Shown here one piece after another: positions 27,375 through 39,715 of a DNA stretch of 64,000 nucleotides. The stretch comes from Mustelus asterias (Eukaryota): NCBI RefSeq assembly GCF_964213995.1, contig NW_027590253.1, forward strand, positions 496,001 through 560,000, written 5' to 3'. The notes beneath the pieces were generated by a model. It ran no database searches and had not been told where the DNA came from. It saw only the letters and a list, made by a program, of their open reading frames with translations. How positions within the stretch are numbered: position 1 is the first letter of the stretch; every line of letters starts with the position of its first letter. The position numbers were made by a program, and so were the translations under genes.

Positions 27375-29469
27375 TTAACTAGGTGTGTGGGGGGGCGCTG
27401 GCGCAATTCTCACCAGTCCACCCCCCACTTTTTCGAGCCTGTGGAGGAACCGCAGTACCCAGCGCCGCTCTATTTTCTCCAGGCCCGCGGAGGCATGCGA
27501 GCATGCCTTCACGGACCGGACGAGCCGCGCCAGGTCCGGCCAGTGGCCGAGGGCTAGCCGGATTATGTCGGAGCGACCGGAATGGTTACGGATAAAGACC
27601 CTGAGGTCCTTGGAGGGGATGAGGGACGACTCGGTGGGGGGCACGAGGGAGCCCCCCGCCTCGCTCTGGGCAGACTCTGAAAGTGTCCCCGTGCCCTCCA
27701 CCGAGCCGCTGACCTCCTCAGGGCGGTCGCCCCTCGACTCCGAGTCCCCCGCCGCAGGACGTACGGCGGGCGGCACGGAGCCACCAACTAGCCCTAGCCC
27801 CTCCCCGATCCCACCCCCAGGATCGGTGGAGGAGGGGTTCCCCCCGGGCTCACCTTTCCCGGATTGCGGGCCCCCGTGCGACGGCGGCCCAGCCCCCCCC
27901 CCGCCCCAGACGCTTGGACACCCCCCAGGTCCGGTGTATCCTTCGGACTGAGGTTGGGGATGTCCAGCGTCCAAGGTCGGGACGGAGAGGACGAGTGGAT
28001 CGTCTCTTCGCCGCCGCCGCACGAGGACATGAACATTGGAGTGTCGCCCCAGTCCCCCGACAGACTGAAGAAGAACTCCGGGTTGTAACCGGCCGGGTGG
28101 AACGGAACCGTGGGGGCCCCGCTGCCACCCGGCCCCGGAGACTCCTCGCCGGGGGACTGAGGCAGCACATGCTTGGATTTACAGGGTGCCTTGCCCCCTT
28201 TTTTCAGGGGACAAGGCACAAAGACAGGTAGGGGCACGGCAGGAGATGACTCACAAGGGGGGAGGGGCACGCAGACCTCGAACTCTACGGTGCCCGAGGG
28301 GCCCCGCCTCTTTTTGTTAACCTGCCCTCGGGCAGGCGAGGCCCCTCGCCCTCCGCCCCTCTTGGCCTTGCCGCGCCCCCCCTGCTCTCCCGTCACTTCC
28401 CCCCGAGGTGGCGGCGTCGCCAGTTTTGCCGGCTCGGGGTCGCTTACCCCCCCATGCTCGGGCCCATGATCCCGGACGCCGGACCCAGCACTAGGCCCCG
28501 GAGAGCCCACGGGCCCGGCAGGTGGTGGTGGTGGTGGGGGGGGGGGGGGGGCGCAGGTGGAGACTGAGGCGGTCCCCGAGCCGGCTGCCGGGGTGGTTGG
28601 GGTGTTTTCCCTGGGGGCCGGGGTTCCGGTTCTTTTTTGTAGGTCCCTTATGGGCCTTTTGGCCGCGCGGGGGCTCCGCTCCCCCCCCCGCCGGCAGCTG
28701 AGGTGGCAGCTGCTGCCGGCGTGGCCTCCCCTCGCGGGGGGGCAGATGGTACTCGCTTGGGTGGAGAGGGGGCTGCGGTGCCAGCTGCGGCCGCCTTGGG
28801 TTGGTGGTCGGCGGCCTTGGAGACGGGGCAGTTTTTTCTCACGTGCCCCGCCTCCTTACAGGCATGGCACCGCACACCGTCCGCGGACCAAAAGACCCGG
28901 TACGTGGTCCCCTCGTGGGGGACATTGAACCCTCCCTCCAGTTCCTCCTCCCGGGCCAGGCGGACAAATACCTGGCGCCGGAAGGAGTATATGTGGCGGA
29001 GGGAGGGGTCCCGAAGGCCGAGCGGGATCGGCTGCACCCCGGACCTGACCTCCCCCAGTAGATGGAGGTGGGGGAGGAGGAGCTCACTCGGTAGGAAGGG
29101 CGGGACGTTCGATATTACTATCTTGTGGGCGGTGGCCCCCAATGGGTCCACCGCCAGGAACGTCCCGCCCACCGTGAGCCCCTTTTCCAGGGCGAGGCGA
29201 ACCGCCCGCTCGGCCTTCAGGAAGAATACAGCCCGGCCGTACATCTTTGAGGCCGCGACAATGGCTGAGGGGCCGACAACCCCAGCCATTGCCTTAACGC
29301 AGGCCTCGATAGACATGTCGGGGTGGGCGTAGCACTTCACCCCGAGCTGCCGCGTGATTAGGGAGAATGGCGGCAGGGCCTTGGGAGCGGCGGGGGCTCT
29401 GGCAGCCGCCACGCCCGCATAGGTGGGCCGAGAAGGCCCTGCCACCGGCGACGCTGGTGATGTCGCCAT
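27375..29469 (-). pseudogene. Tx1 ORF1 (gag-like, zinc knuckle, long Pro/Gly-rich C-terminus), split by frameshifts
   Basis: ORF 28648-29469 contains AASKMYGRAVFF and CHACKEAGHVRKNC; likely continues in ORFs 27794-28510 and 27375-28022; breaks lie near G/C homopolymers and may be sequencing errors. Confidence 0.75.
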
Positions 29470-29865
29470 GGTATCAAGGGAGTGCTACACCCACCCCGAG
29501 ACTGCCCAGATGTACGGCAGGGCGTATATGTGGAGGGAAAAATAAGGGAGGGTGGGGTAGGTGGGTAGGGGTGTAGGTGCTCTCTCCCCGGAGTGAGAGA
29601 GGGAGAGAGGAGGTCGGAGCAGTGGGAGGGAGATGAGGCACAAGGCCGGTGCCCCAGTCAGGAGGGAAAAAGGGGAGGGGGTGCACCAATCTTGGGGGCA
29701 GCAGCAGTGGGTAGGGGAATTAGGAAAAAGGTCTTCACCCCCCCCACTGCAGATGGAGAAGAGACAGTCCAAACGCCTTCGCCCCCCCCCCCTTCTCCTC
29801 CAGTCACTCTCTGTCCTCTCTTCCTCCCTCCCCCCGGGGAGAGCGCACCCTCCAGAGGCCGGATG

Positions 29866-30205
29866 GCAGGCAAGCAGGCAGTCAGGCAGTCCAGACGGCA
29901 GGCAGGCCGGACGGCAAGCAGGCAGGCAGGTAGTCCAGACGGCAGGCAGCCCAGACGGCAGGCAGGCAGGTAGTCCAGACGGCAGGCAGGCAGGTAAGCA
30001 GGCCAGACGGCAGGCAGGCAGGTAAGCAGGCCAGACGGCAGGTAAGCAGGCCAGACGGCAGGCAGGCAGGTAAGCAGGCCAGACGGCAGGCAGGCAGGTA
30101 AGCAGGCCAGACGGCAGGCAGGCAGGTAAGCAGGCCAGACGGCAGGCAGGCAGGTAAGCAGGCCAGACGGCAGGCAGGTAAGCAGGCCAGACGGCAGGTA
30201 GGCAG
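29866..30205. repeat. Minisatellite in the Tx1 5' UTR, 20-28-bp units aggccagacggcagg(cagg)ntaagc
   Basis: Directly visible tandem units with a variable number of cagg. Confidence 0.9.
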
Positions 30206-30332
30206 GCTCCGACCCGGGGCCCCCCGCTACTCGGGCGAACGTGAACTCACCCCACCCCGGAAACAAAGTGCAGGCGCTGCCCCAGAGGAGGCACGTTTCA
30301 GGCCGTCTGAAGCTCAATTCTCATTCAGAGAG

Positions 30333-31445
30333 ACCTCTTTTTAGGTCAAACCAAGTAAACAAACTCAAATTAAATCAGGACAAAGTAAAAGGGGCAGCTC
30401 CCCAAAAAGGAGGGGGAACAGCCCGAACAGAAATCAAAATACAAAGGAAACTTAAAAACATCAAGTTAAAATGTGATTATTAGGGTCAATAATGCACCCC
30501 AACCCCTGCGGTGCCCAGCGGGCGCGGAAAGCGTCAACCTCGCCCGTGGACACCGCATGCTCCCTCTCCAGGGACACCTGGCCGCGAACGTAGCCGCGGT
30601 AGAGGGGAAGACAGTCAGGATGGACGGCCCCCTCGATCGCCCGCTGCCTGGACCGGTAAATGGCGCTTTTGGCCAGGCCCAGGAGCAGGTTCACGAGGAG
30701 GTCGCCATCCCGACCCTCCCCTCTCCGCACCGGGTGTCCGTAGATCAGGAGCGTGGGACTGAAGTGCAAACAAAACATCAATAAAAGGATCTTTAGAAAA
30801 ACATAAAGGGAGTGCAGCCTAAGACACTCAACATAGACATGGTCCACGGACTCCACAAGGCCACAGAAAGGGCAGTCTTCGGAGCCCGTGAACCAGTGAA
30901 TCCTACGGTTGTGCGGAACTGCTGCATGCATCACCCTCCACCCCAGGTCCCCGACGTAATTGGGGGAGATCCCTCCGTAGAGGGACCTCCAGCGGGGACC
31001 TCCGCCGCCCGGCGGCAACAAGGCCCGCCAAGGTGTATCCGGGCGACAGGCGAGGAGGCGGTAGTGGAGGGTGTGCAGCAGCAGCCCGCACAGGAAACGC
31101 CTCCGCGCGGTAGAAAAAGGCACGGAGGGCATTTCCGCGAGGCGGCTCAGGCTGTGGGGCACCTCACCCAGGGGAGGGGGCTGAGGCTTTGGGCCAATGT
31201 GGAATTCCGCCCGAACAGGGGAACGCTCAGGCGGGATCCCACCGCACGCCTGCGCCGTCTCAAGTTTGCGTGCAGTTTCGGGGCCGAGCACGACCGTCCT
31301 AAGGTCTAGGATGGCTTTGGCCGCGCGCCAGACGGACATCCCCGCGCGCTCAGCCAGCACGCGGGGACTCATCCAGCCCGCCCCTCTCTCATCGAGCACG
31401 TCCCCGATTCTGGTCACCCCGGCGTCCACAGCCCCCCTCTCCGCC
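30333..31445 (-). mobile_element. 5'-truncated second copy of the same Tx1 element
   Basis: Near-identical to 23331-24445; ORF 30461-31429 matches the ORF2 C-terminus. Confidence 0.92.
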
Positions 31446-31686
31446 GGTCTGCGCCTTCACAAGACTCTGGACACAATGGGTAAAGAGAGATAGAGAGTGA
31501 GAGATGGATTCATATATATACATGATGAGAGAGAGAGAGAGAGATTGCCCCAATACAAACACACTCCCCAACCTCTCTATCCCCCTCCCCAGCAACTATC
31601 TGAAGCTAAATTAATGTCACAACATTACTGCCATCTTTTACCCAAAACTTAGCTTCAGACCCTGTCCCTCTATATTTAACCAGCCC
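31444..31686. repeat. ~240-bp segment duplicated at 36412-36652
   Basis: ccttcacaagactctggacacaatggg...tttaaccagccc is near-identical at both positions. Confidence 0.9.
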
Positions 31687-31949
31687 GTCTCTGACATCTC
31701 CTCCAGTCACACAACCCTGTGAGATGTCTGCACCGCTCTAATTGTGGCATCATGAGCGTTCCACATGCAACATGACTTGCATCGATAAACTCTCATCTCC
31801 AACATTTCAATTGAAATTTCAAAGCTCAATGGCTTTGAAGCCGAATGGTCCAGATTGCCATGGCCTTCAGTGTGAACAAGTTGTTAGTGATGTCACTACA
31901 GAGGTTGTCTAGGAAACAGGGGGTGAATGTGAGAAGCTGAAGTTTCCAC

Positions 31950-32400
31950 TTGAAGACATTCCCAGTGTCTCTGAGCAGCTGAACTGGGGAAGCCTTTGGG
32001 CAGAGACTGTGCTGCTGCTATTGCCCTTCCTGGCCACCAGGTGTCGCTGTGACGCTCCCGGGGGCTGCTCCTCCCAGTGTCACCTCTTGCCCACTCCGGC
32101 CCATGCTCGTTGGCGGGACAGCAGGGGGGTCTGTCGAGGGGGCGGGGCGACCTGTGCGCATGTGCGGGACGGGAATGCTCCCAGAGGTCAGCGCGCGGGA
32201 CGCCGCCGCATTGATGCCGTCTCCCCTGGCAACGCAAGATGGTCGCCGCCGCCGTCTCCCTTGGCAACGGAATATGGCCGCTGGCCGTCTCCCTTGGCAA
32301 CGCAAAATGGCCGCCGGCGGTGGGTGTCATTGCGGCGCACGCGCAGTGAGGTCTGTCTGCAGCCATTGTCCAGGTTGCCCCCAGTGGATGGGGTTGGGAT
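31950..32400. promoter_or_regulatory. CpG-island promoter-like region
   Basis: CpG-rich; GC box, NRF1-like tgcgcatgtgcg, three tandem RFX-like plus YY1-like units. Confidence 0.55.
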
Positions 32401-32549
32401 TGTGCAGCAGATGGAGCAACAATCCCAGTTTCAATAGGGGGACAGAAGCTGCAATGCTGCCCCCTGTTGGTCACTTCTCCCAGTCTCAGCATTGCAGAGT
32501 GTTTAAACAAGAGTGCATTGTCACAGCAGCACCTTGACCTTCAGTTTCA

Positions 32550-32750
32550 GTTTATTTATTAGTGTCAGAAGTAGGCTTACATTAACACTGCAATGAAGTT
32601 ACTGTGAGAATCCCCTAGTCGCCACACTCCGGCGCCTGTTCAGGTTACACTGAGGGAGAATTTAGCACGGCCAATGCACCCTAACCAGCACATCTTTCAG
32701 ACTGTGGGAGGAAACCGGAGCACCCGGAGGAAACCCACGCAGACACGGGG
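32550..32750 (-). mobile_element. Partial tRNA-derived SINE
   Basis: Matches the 3' part of the 11990 and 12915 SINEs. Confidence 0.75.
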
Positions 32751-33658
32751 AGGGGACAGCCCGGGGGAAAGCTCCATTCCAACTGTCCCTGGAGTGTCAG
32801 ATTAACCTGGGTCACTCACGCCCCCCCCCCGGCTAAGACTCACCTCCCTCAGACAGTGAGACCCTCCTGTATCACTCACCTTACTGTAGTCACATACCCT
32901 CAGACTCAGCACTGGGCCCTGGGCGTGTTCTTTAAATGCTGCGACCTATCGTGGAGGAAAGAATTGGGAGGATTTTGATTTGATTTGATTTATTATTGTC
33001 GCATGTATTGGGATACAGTGAAAAGTATTGTTTCTTGTATGCTGTACAGACAAAACATACCGTTCATAGAGTACATTGGGGAGAAGTAAAAGAGAGGGTG
33101 CAGAATGTAGTGTTGCAGTCATAGGTAGGGTGTAGAGAGACATTCCCAAAGCAGCCACAGAAAAGTGACTGGTTATTTTAAACATTGAACCTGAACTATT
33201 TGAGCTGATGATTCACTCACATTGTACAGAAATGTTGATCCTGTTTTGATGAGAGTGATCAGATTAACATTGTAACATGAAGACAGCCTCCGTACTGAGA
33301 TTAACCACATTTACAACAATTCCGCAATATCAGATCCATTGCTGTGTGTATTGTGTGAATTCAGCTGTGAAATATCTGGACATTTGGAGCTTCCACTGTT
33401 TCTGTCATTTCATCATTTATTAAAGTACGTTGTTCTATCCCTTTTAAATCTAAGTTGTGTCAGTTTACATTTCCCTGCACTGAAACCTCTCCACCAGTTT
33501 TGTCCATGTACAAAATATGAATAACTCTTTGCAATGTGATGTTTCCAGCCACGCTGCTTACAATGCTGTCTAATGTTTTGTGTCATCGGCAAACCAGGAT
33601 GTGTAGCATTCAGTCACATTAAATGGTCAATAAATATGTCAATACTGTGTATATCTTT

Positions 33659-34145
33659 CTGTGTGTGTGTGTGTGTGTCTGTGTGTGTGTGTGTGTGTCT
33701 GTGTGTGTGTGTCTGTGTGTGTGTGTGTGTGTGAGCATGCATGTGTGTCAATGTATTTGAATCTCAAATATGTGCAGTTGGAGGCCATTTGACCCATCGA
33801 GCCTGCTCCCCCACTCAAACAGATCATGACAAACACACACACACACACACACACACTCATAGACACACACACACACAGACGCACTCACAGAGATACAGAC
33901 ACACACACACACTCATAGACACACACACATAGACAAAGAGAGAGACACACAGACACACACGCAGAGAGACACAAACACACACTCACAGACACACATGCAC
34001 AAAGACCCAGAGAGAGACACACACACAGACACACACTCACAGACACACGCAGAGAAACACAATCACACACACAGAAACACACATTGAAATAGACACTTGC
34101 ACACACTTAGAAACTGTCTCTCTCTCTCACACACACACACACAGA
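33659..34145. repeat. (TG)n and degenerate (CA)n microsatellites
   Basis: Visible dinucleotide tracts at 33659-33732 and ~33831-34145. Confidence 0.9.
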
Positions 34146-34392
34146 AATACAAAAACATAAGCGCACCGACACTCTCATTCCTATTTCTGTTTTACTCCTC
34201 AATCCCCCAACTAAAAAGTACTGGGATCTGAACTTGAAATGCTGGAACTGATCATGGAGGAACGAGTGGGGCCTAATAGACACTGAGAAGTTAACTTGTG
34301 TATGAATCATAGAATGGGGACAGCACAGGAGGCCATTCAGCCCGTCAAGCCTGGATCGACACACTGCAAGAGCAGTTTCACTATTCCCAATC

Positions 34393-35390
34393 AAAGAACA
34401 AAGAACAATACAGCACAGGAACAGGCCCTTCGGCCCTCCAAGCCCGTGCCGCTCCCCGGTCCAGGATTGAATCCTGAATCCAGGATCCCCGCCCAATTTT
34501 CCAGCCTATCTACATCCTAATATCCTATCCACCGAGCTGTCCCTCACAGCTACGATGCTTTGTTCATCACAACCTATTAACTCACCCCCACCCCCCCATT
34601 CCAGACCATGTGATCTCCAGGGAGAGGCGAAAACCCAGAGTGAAAAACCCCAGGGCCAATATGGGGAAAAAAAATCTGGGAAATTCCTCTCCGACCCCCT
34701 GAGGCGATCGAAACGAGTCCAGGAGATCACACTGGCCCTGATCAGAAACTGCTTCCCAACCCTAGTCATTTCCACTTCTGCTTTACGAACACCATCTGAA
34801 TTCCCTGCCCCCGAGACAGGTTCCCAACTATCCGCAGTCTCGCTCTGTACTGGCACCAGCAAGATGATCATAGAATGAAGCCTTGAAACGAGAAACAAAG
34901 AACAATTAGCCCGCGCCTCTCCCTGGTCCAAACTAGACCACTCTTTTGTATCCCTCCATTCCCACTCCGTTCATATAGCTGTCTAGATAAGTCTTAAACG
35001 TTCCCAGTGTGTCCGCCTCCACCACCTTGTCCGGCAACACATTCCAGGCCCCCACCACCCTCTGTGTAAAATATGTCCTTCTGATATCAGTGTTAAACCT
35101 TCCCCCCTTCACCTTGAACCTATGACCCCTCGTGAACGTCACCACCGACCCGGGGAAAAGCTTCCCACCGTTCACCCTATCTATGCCTTTCATAATTTTA
35201 TACACCTCTATTAAGTCTCCCCTCATCCTCCGTCTTTCCAAGGAGAACAACCCCAGTTTCCCCAATCTCTCCTCATAACCAAGCCCCTCCATACCAGGCA
35301 ACATCCTGGTAAACCTCCTCTGTACTCTCTCCAAAGCCTCCACGTCCTTCTGGGAGTGTGGCGACCAGAACTGGACGCAGTATTCCAAAT
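34393..35390 (-). mobile_element. Young 5'-truncated CR1 with an extended 3' UTR
   Basis: ORF 34933-35397 (LEYCVQFWSPH...YKRVV) and the following ~540 bp are near-identical to 60305-61295. Confidence 0.9.
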
Positions 35391-35492
35391 CCTCCACCCT
35401 CTCCCCGTAACGCTGTCAATATTTTCCCTTCAGCTTCCCATTCAATTTCCTCTTGATGGAATCTTCTCCCACCTCTGACTCAGACAGAACAT

Positions 35493-35682
35493 GATGTGGA
35501 GATGCCGGCGTTGGACTGGGGTAAACACAGTAAGAAGTTTAACAACACCAGCTTAAAGTCCAACAGCTTTATTTGGGAGCAAAAGCCACACAAGCTTTCG
35601 GAGCTTCAAGCCCCTTCTTCAGGTGAGTGGGAATTCTGTTCACAAACAGGGCATATAAAGACAGGGCAAACAGGGCATATAA
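35493..35682. mobile_element. Repeat fragment, probably a Penelope-like terminus, truncating ZNF-D
   Basis: gtggagatgccggcgttggactgggg...aagtccaacag..tttatttgg; a related reverse copy at ~38520-38635; family assignment from recognition only. Confidence 0.5.
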
Positions 35683-35684
35683 AG

Positions 35685-36112
35685 AGGTTTGAAGACTGAG
35701 TGAATCTCTTCCCACACACACAGCAAGTGAACGGCCTCTCTCCAGTGTGGACTCGCCGATGTTTCAGCAGATGGGATGAGGTAATGAATCCCTTCCCACA
35801 CTGGGAGCAGGTGAATGGCCTCTCCTCAGTGTGAGTTCTCTGGTGTATATGTAAGCTGTTTGACTGAGTGAATCCCTTCCCACACTGGGAGCAGGTGAAT
35901 GGTCTCTCCCTGCTGTGACTGCCCCGATGAATCTCCAGCTGGGGTGGGTAATCAAATCCCTTCCCACAGTCCCCACATTTCCACAGCTTCTCCCTGTTGT
36001 GACTGCAATTATGTTCCGAAAGCCTGGATGATTGGTTGAAGTCCTGTCCACACACAGAACACGTGTACAGGTTCTCTCCCCTAAAAATGGTGCTTTTTCC
36101 TTCCATGTTCAA
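35685..36112 (-). pseudogene. Truncated C2H2 zinc-finger gene (ZNF-D), four fingers plus a partial fifth
   Basis: [16 protein letters not shown].. WKCGDC.. FTCSQC x2, then [16 protein letters not shown] breaks into repeat sequence. Confidence 0.8.
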
Positions 36113-36759
36113 AACACAATGATATTCAGGTTACAATAAATTGGCTAACTCCAGCAGGTTTCGATATCATATTTGGTTTCAGTTTCCCAACTGCAAATCC
36201 TCCTCTTCTAAAACCCTGGGAAATTGAGTTCGAACAGAAAAAAGGAAGTGAGAGAGAACCCACAAAAACACAAAGGCAGATTGTGAAATTGAGCTGAATG
36301 AATCTGATCATTTGTGGGGCCGGCGCGAGGAAAAAGTGACCATGAAAACTACTGGATTGTCACAATAATCTGACAGGTTCGGTAATGTCCTTCAGGAAAC
36401 AGAACCTGCCACCGGCCTGCACCTTCACAAGACTCTGGACACAATGGGTAAAGAGAGATAGAGAGTGAGAGATGGATTCATATATATACATGATGAGAGA
36501 GAGAGAGAGATTGCCCCAATACAAACACACTCCCCAACCTCTCTATCCCCCTCCCCAGCAACTATCTGAAGCTAAATTAATGTCACAACATTACTGCCAT
36601 CTTTTACCCAAAACTTAGCTTCAGACCCTGTCCCTCTATATTTAACCAGCCCAATTAATTGATTAAGCTGAATCAAACAACGTTGTCTAATTAATAACAA
36701 TCATATTTCGCCAAAGCTCATCTTCTTCTCTGATGTATTTTAGGAGAGGAAATTTTACT

Positions 36760-39370
36760 TCTTACTTGTAAGACATATAAAATTGCCAGAAGAAGGAACA
36801 AGCCTGAGGGTTTGGAACGTTTTAAAATTCAACAAAAGAAGACACAATGTGCGAGCGGGGTAATAGAATATGAAAGGAAAATGGCAGGGAGCATAGAAAC
36901 TAATTGTAAAAACTTCTCTGAATATCTGAAGAGACAAAGATTAGTTAAGACAAATTAGGTAGCTTACAGTCAGAATACAGGGAAATTATAATGGGGAACA
37001 AAGAAATGTTGGATGAATAGAACACAAAGCTTGACTCCATCTTCACAAAAGGGGACACAAATATCCTCCCAGAAATGTGAGGGAACCAAGAGCTAGTTGG
37101 CATTGAAGAACACCAGTGTTAGTAGCAAAATCATGCTGGGGGAATTAATGGGGTGAAATGCTGATAAATCACTAAGCCCTGAGAATCTACATCCCAGAGT
37201 ATGAATGGAAATGGCCCTGAAAATATTGGGTGCATTGGTGTCATCCTCTAAAATTCTATACACTCTGGATCAGTTCCTAAAGATTGGAGGGTGACAAATG
37301 AAATCCCAACATGTACAAAGGAAGGGAGAGTAATAATGTTGAATTACAGCCTGACTTTAGCATCAGTGAAGATGTTGGAGGTTGTTATCAAAGACATGAT
37401 AGCAAAATATTTGGTGAAGCCAGCATGGGCTTAAGGAAGATATGTAATTCGTAACAAACATACTTGCGTTTTCTGAGGCTGTAAATAATAGAATAGGGAG
37501 GGGGGAGGGAACCAGGCTATGTGGTGCATTTGTACTTTCAGAAGACGTTTGAGACGGTTCCTCGTACAATATTAGTAGGTCAAATTAAAGCACGTGGGAT
37601 CGGGAATAATGTATTGACATTGGTGTAGAATTCGGTGACAGATAAGAAACAGAGAATGGAAATACATGGGTCTTTTTCCGAGTGGCAGTCAGCGAGTGAT
37701 GGGGTACTTCAGGATCCCGACTTATTTTATTTATTTATTAGTCACATGTCGGCTTACGTTAACACTGCAATGAAGTTACTGTGAAAAACCCCGAGTCACC
37801 ACACTCCAGCGCCTGTTCGGGTACACTGAGGGAGAGGTTAGCATGGCCAATGTCCCAAAGCTGCACGTCCTTCGGATTGTTGGAGGAAACCGGGGCACCC
37901 AGAAGAAATCCACGTTAGCCCGGGGAGAACGTGCAGACTCCGTACAGAAAATGACCCAAGCCGGGAACCGAACCCGGTCCCCGACCCCGTGCCACCGTGG
38001 GATCTGGATAATGAAATCAAATGTAACATGTCCTCAGCGGCTGGCGATATATAACTGTGAGCTATGAGGAGGGTGCAGTGACTTGTGAGCTGTGAGGAGG
38101 ATGCAGGGGGGCTTCAATGTGATCTGGACAAGTTGTGTGAATGGGTGAACATGTGGCAGCTGCAGTACAACGTGGTTCAATGTACAGTTATATACTTGTG
38201 TAATGCACAAAACAATATATATTTGGAAGTGTGATGTACAAATGGATCTGGGTATCCTTGTACACCAACCAATGAAATCGGAGAGGTATGTGCAGCAAGC
38301 AATTAGGAAGGCCTTCGTTGCAAGAAGATTTGAGTTCGGAATTAGGGAAGTCTTACTGCAGTAATGCTGGGTCTTCATAAGACCACATCTGGTGTAATGC
38401 GTGTAGATTTGATCTCCCTCCCTAAGAAAGGGACTCTGGCGAGTGCAGCTGATACCCGGATTGGTGGGACTGTCCTATAAGGCGAAATTGATTCGACCGG
38501 GCCTGTATTCACTAGACTGACCTGATGAAGGAGCAGCACTCGGAAAGCTCGTGAGTCCAAATAAACATGTTGGACTTTAACCTGGCGTTGCGAGACTTAC
38601 TGTACCCACCCTAGTGCAACGCTGGCATCTCCACCTCATGTATTCACTCGAGTTTAGACGGATGGGAAGAGATCTGATTGAAATACATAAAATTGTGATT
38701 GAAACATTCAAAACATAACAAATGAGGGCGGTACAGTGGCACAGTGACTAGCACGGCTGCCTCTCATTGCCAGGGACCTGAGTTCGATTCCCACCTTGGG
38801 TCACTGTCTGTGCAGAGACTGCACATTCTCCCCCTATCTGCGTGGGTTTCCTTCGGGTGCTCCATTTTCCTCCCGCAGTCAGAAAGACGTGCTGATTAGG
38901 TGCATTGGCCATGCTAAATTTTCCCTCAGCGTACCTGAACAGGCGCTGGAGTGTGGCCATGGGCCCTTTCACAGTAACTTCATTGCAGTATATGTCTATT
39001 TGTGCATTTATAATAAATGAAGTTATGAATAATTAAACGAATTCTAACAGGGCTGGGCAGGCGAGATGAAGGAAGGACGTTTTCGCTGGTTAGGGAGTCT
39101 CAAACCAGGGATGCAGTCTCAAGACATAGGGTAGCCAATTTAGGACAGAAATTAGGAAACATTTCTTCACTTCAGAGGCTAGCGAACATACGGAGTGCTC
39201 TAGCACTGACGGCTTTGGATGTCATGCCACTGAATAGATTCAAGAAATAAATCGATCTGTGATTAGATCTTAATGGTATCAGGGGGTGTGGGCAGAATCC
39301 AATAATGTGGCCTTGAGATAGGAAATAACCCATAATCATGAAGACTGTTGGATCAGGCTCGACTGGCCTC
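36760..39370 (+). mobile_element. Old degenerate CR1-like LINE with nested SINEs (~37730-37995 minus, ~38725-39015 plus)
   Basis: Remnant motifs (P.DWRVTN..P..KEG, aagaccacatctgg, gatctgattgaaatacataaaatt) with many stops. Confidence 0.65.
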
Positions 39371-39409
39371 CTCCGGCTCCTAATTTCTATGTACCTAATG
39401 TTCAGTCAA

Positions 39410-39715
39410 TGTTCTTGAGGACCTGAGTTCAAATCCCGCCACGGCAGATGGTGGAACTTGAAATCAATAAAAACTATCTGGAATTAAGAATCTATTGATG
39501 ACTATGAGGCCATTGTTGATAGTTGTAAAAACCCATCTTGTTTACTAATGTCCCTTTAGGGAAGGAAATCTGCCGTTCTTACCTTGTTTGACCGACATGT
39601 GACTCCAGAGTCACAGCAATGTGGTTGACTCTCAACTGCCCTCTAAGGGCAACTGGAGATGGGCAACAAATGCTGGCCAGCCAGTAATGTGCAAGTCCCA
39701 CGAATCAATAAAAAA
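39410..39715 (+). mobile_element. DeuSINE/SacSINE1-like SINE
   Basis: Close to the 22320-22650 copy. Confidence 0.6.

Larger units (their letters stand above)
23331..30304 (-). mobile_element. Full-length Tx1/L1-clade non-LTR retrotransposon
   Basis: ORF1 with CCHC knuckle, ORF2 with APE endonuclease and RT; flanked by 24-bp direct repeats 23307-23330 / 30305-30328 (22/24 identical). Confidence 0.92.

Noticed and set aside
23473-29332. Many plus-strand ORFs of 100-300 aa
   Set aside because: Antisense ORFs expected in the GC-rich Tx1 coding sequence
34698-34716. ctgaggcgatcgaaac resembling a hammerhead ribozyme core
   Set aside because: Does not match CUGANGA, has no proper stem II, and is antisense to the CR1; kept only as part of the structured-module finding
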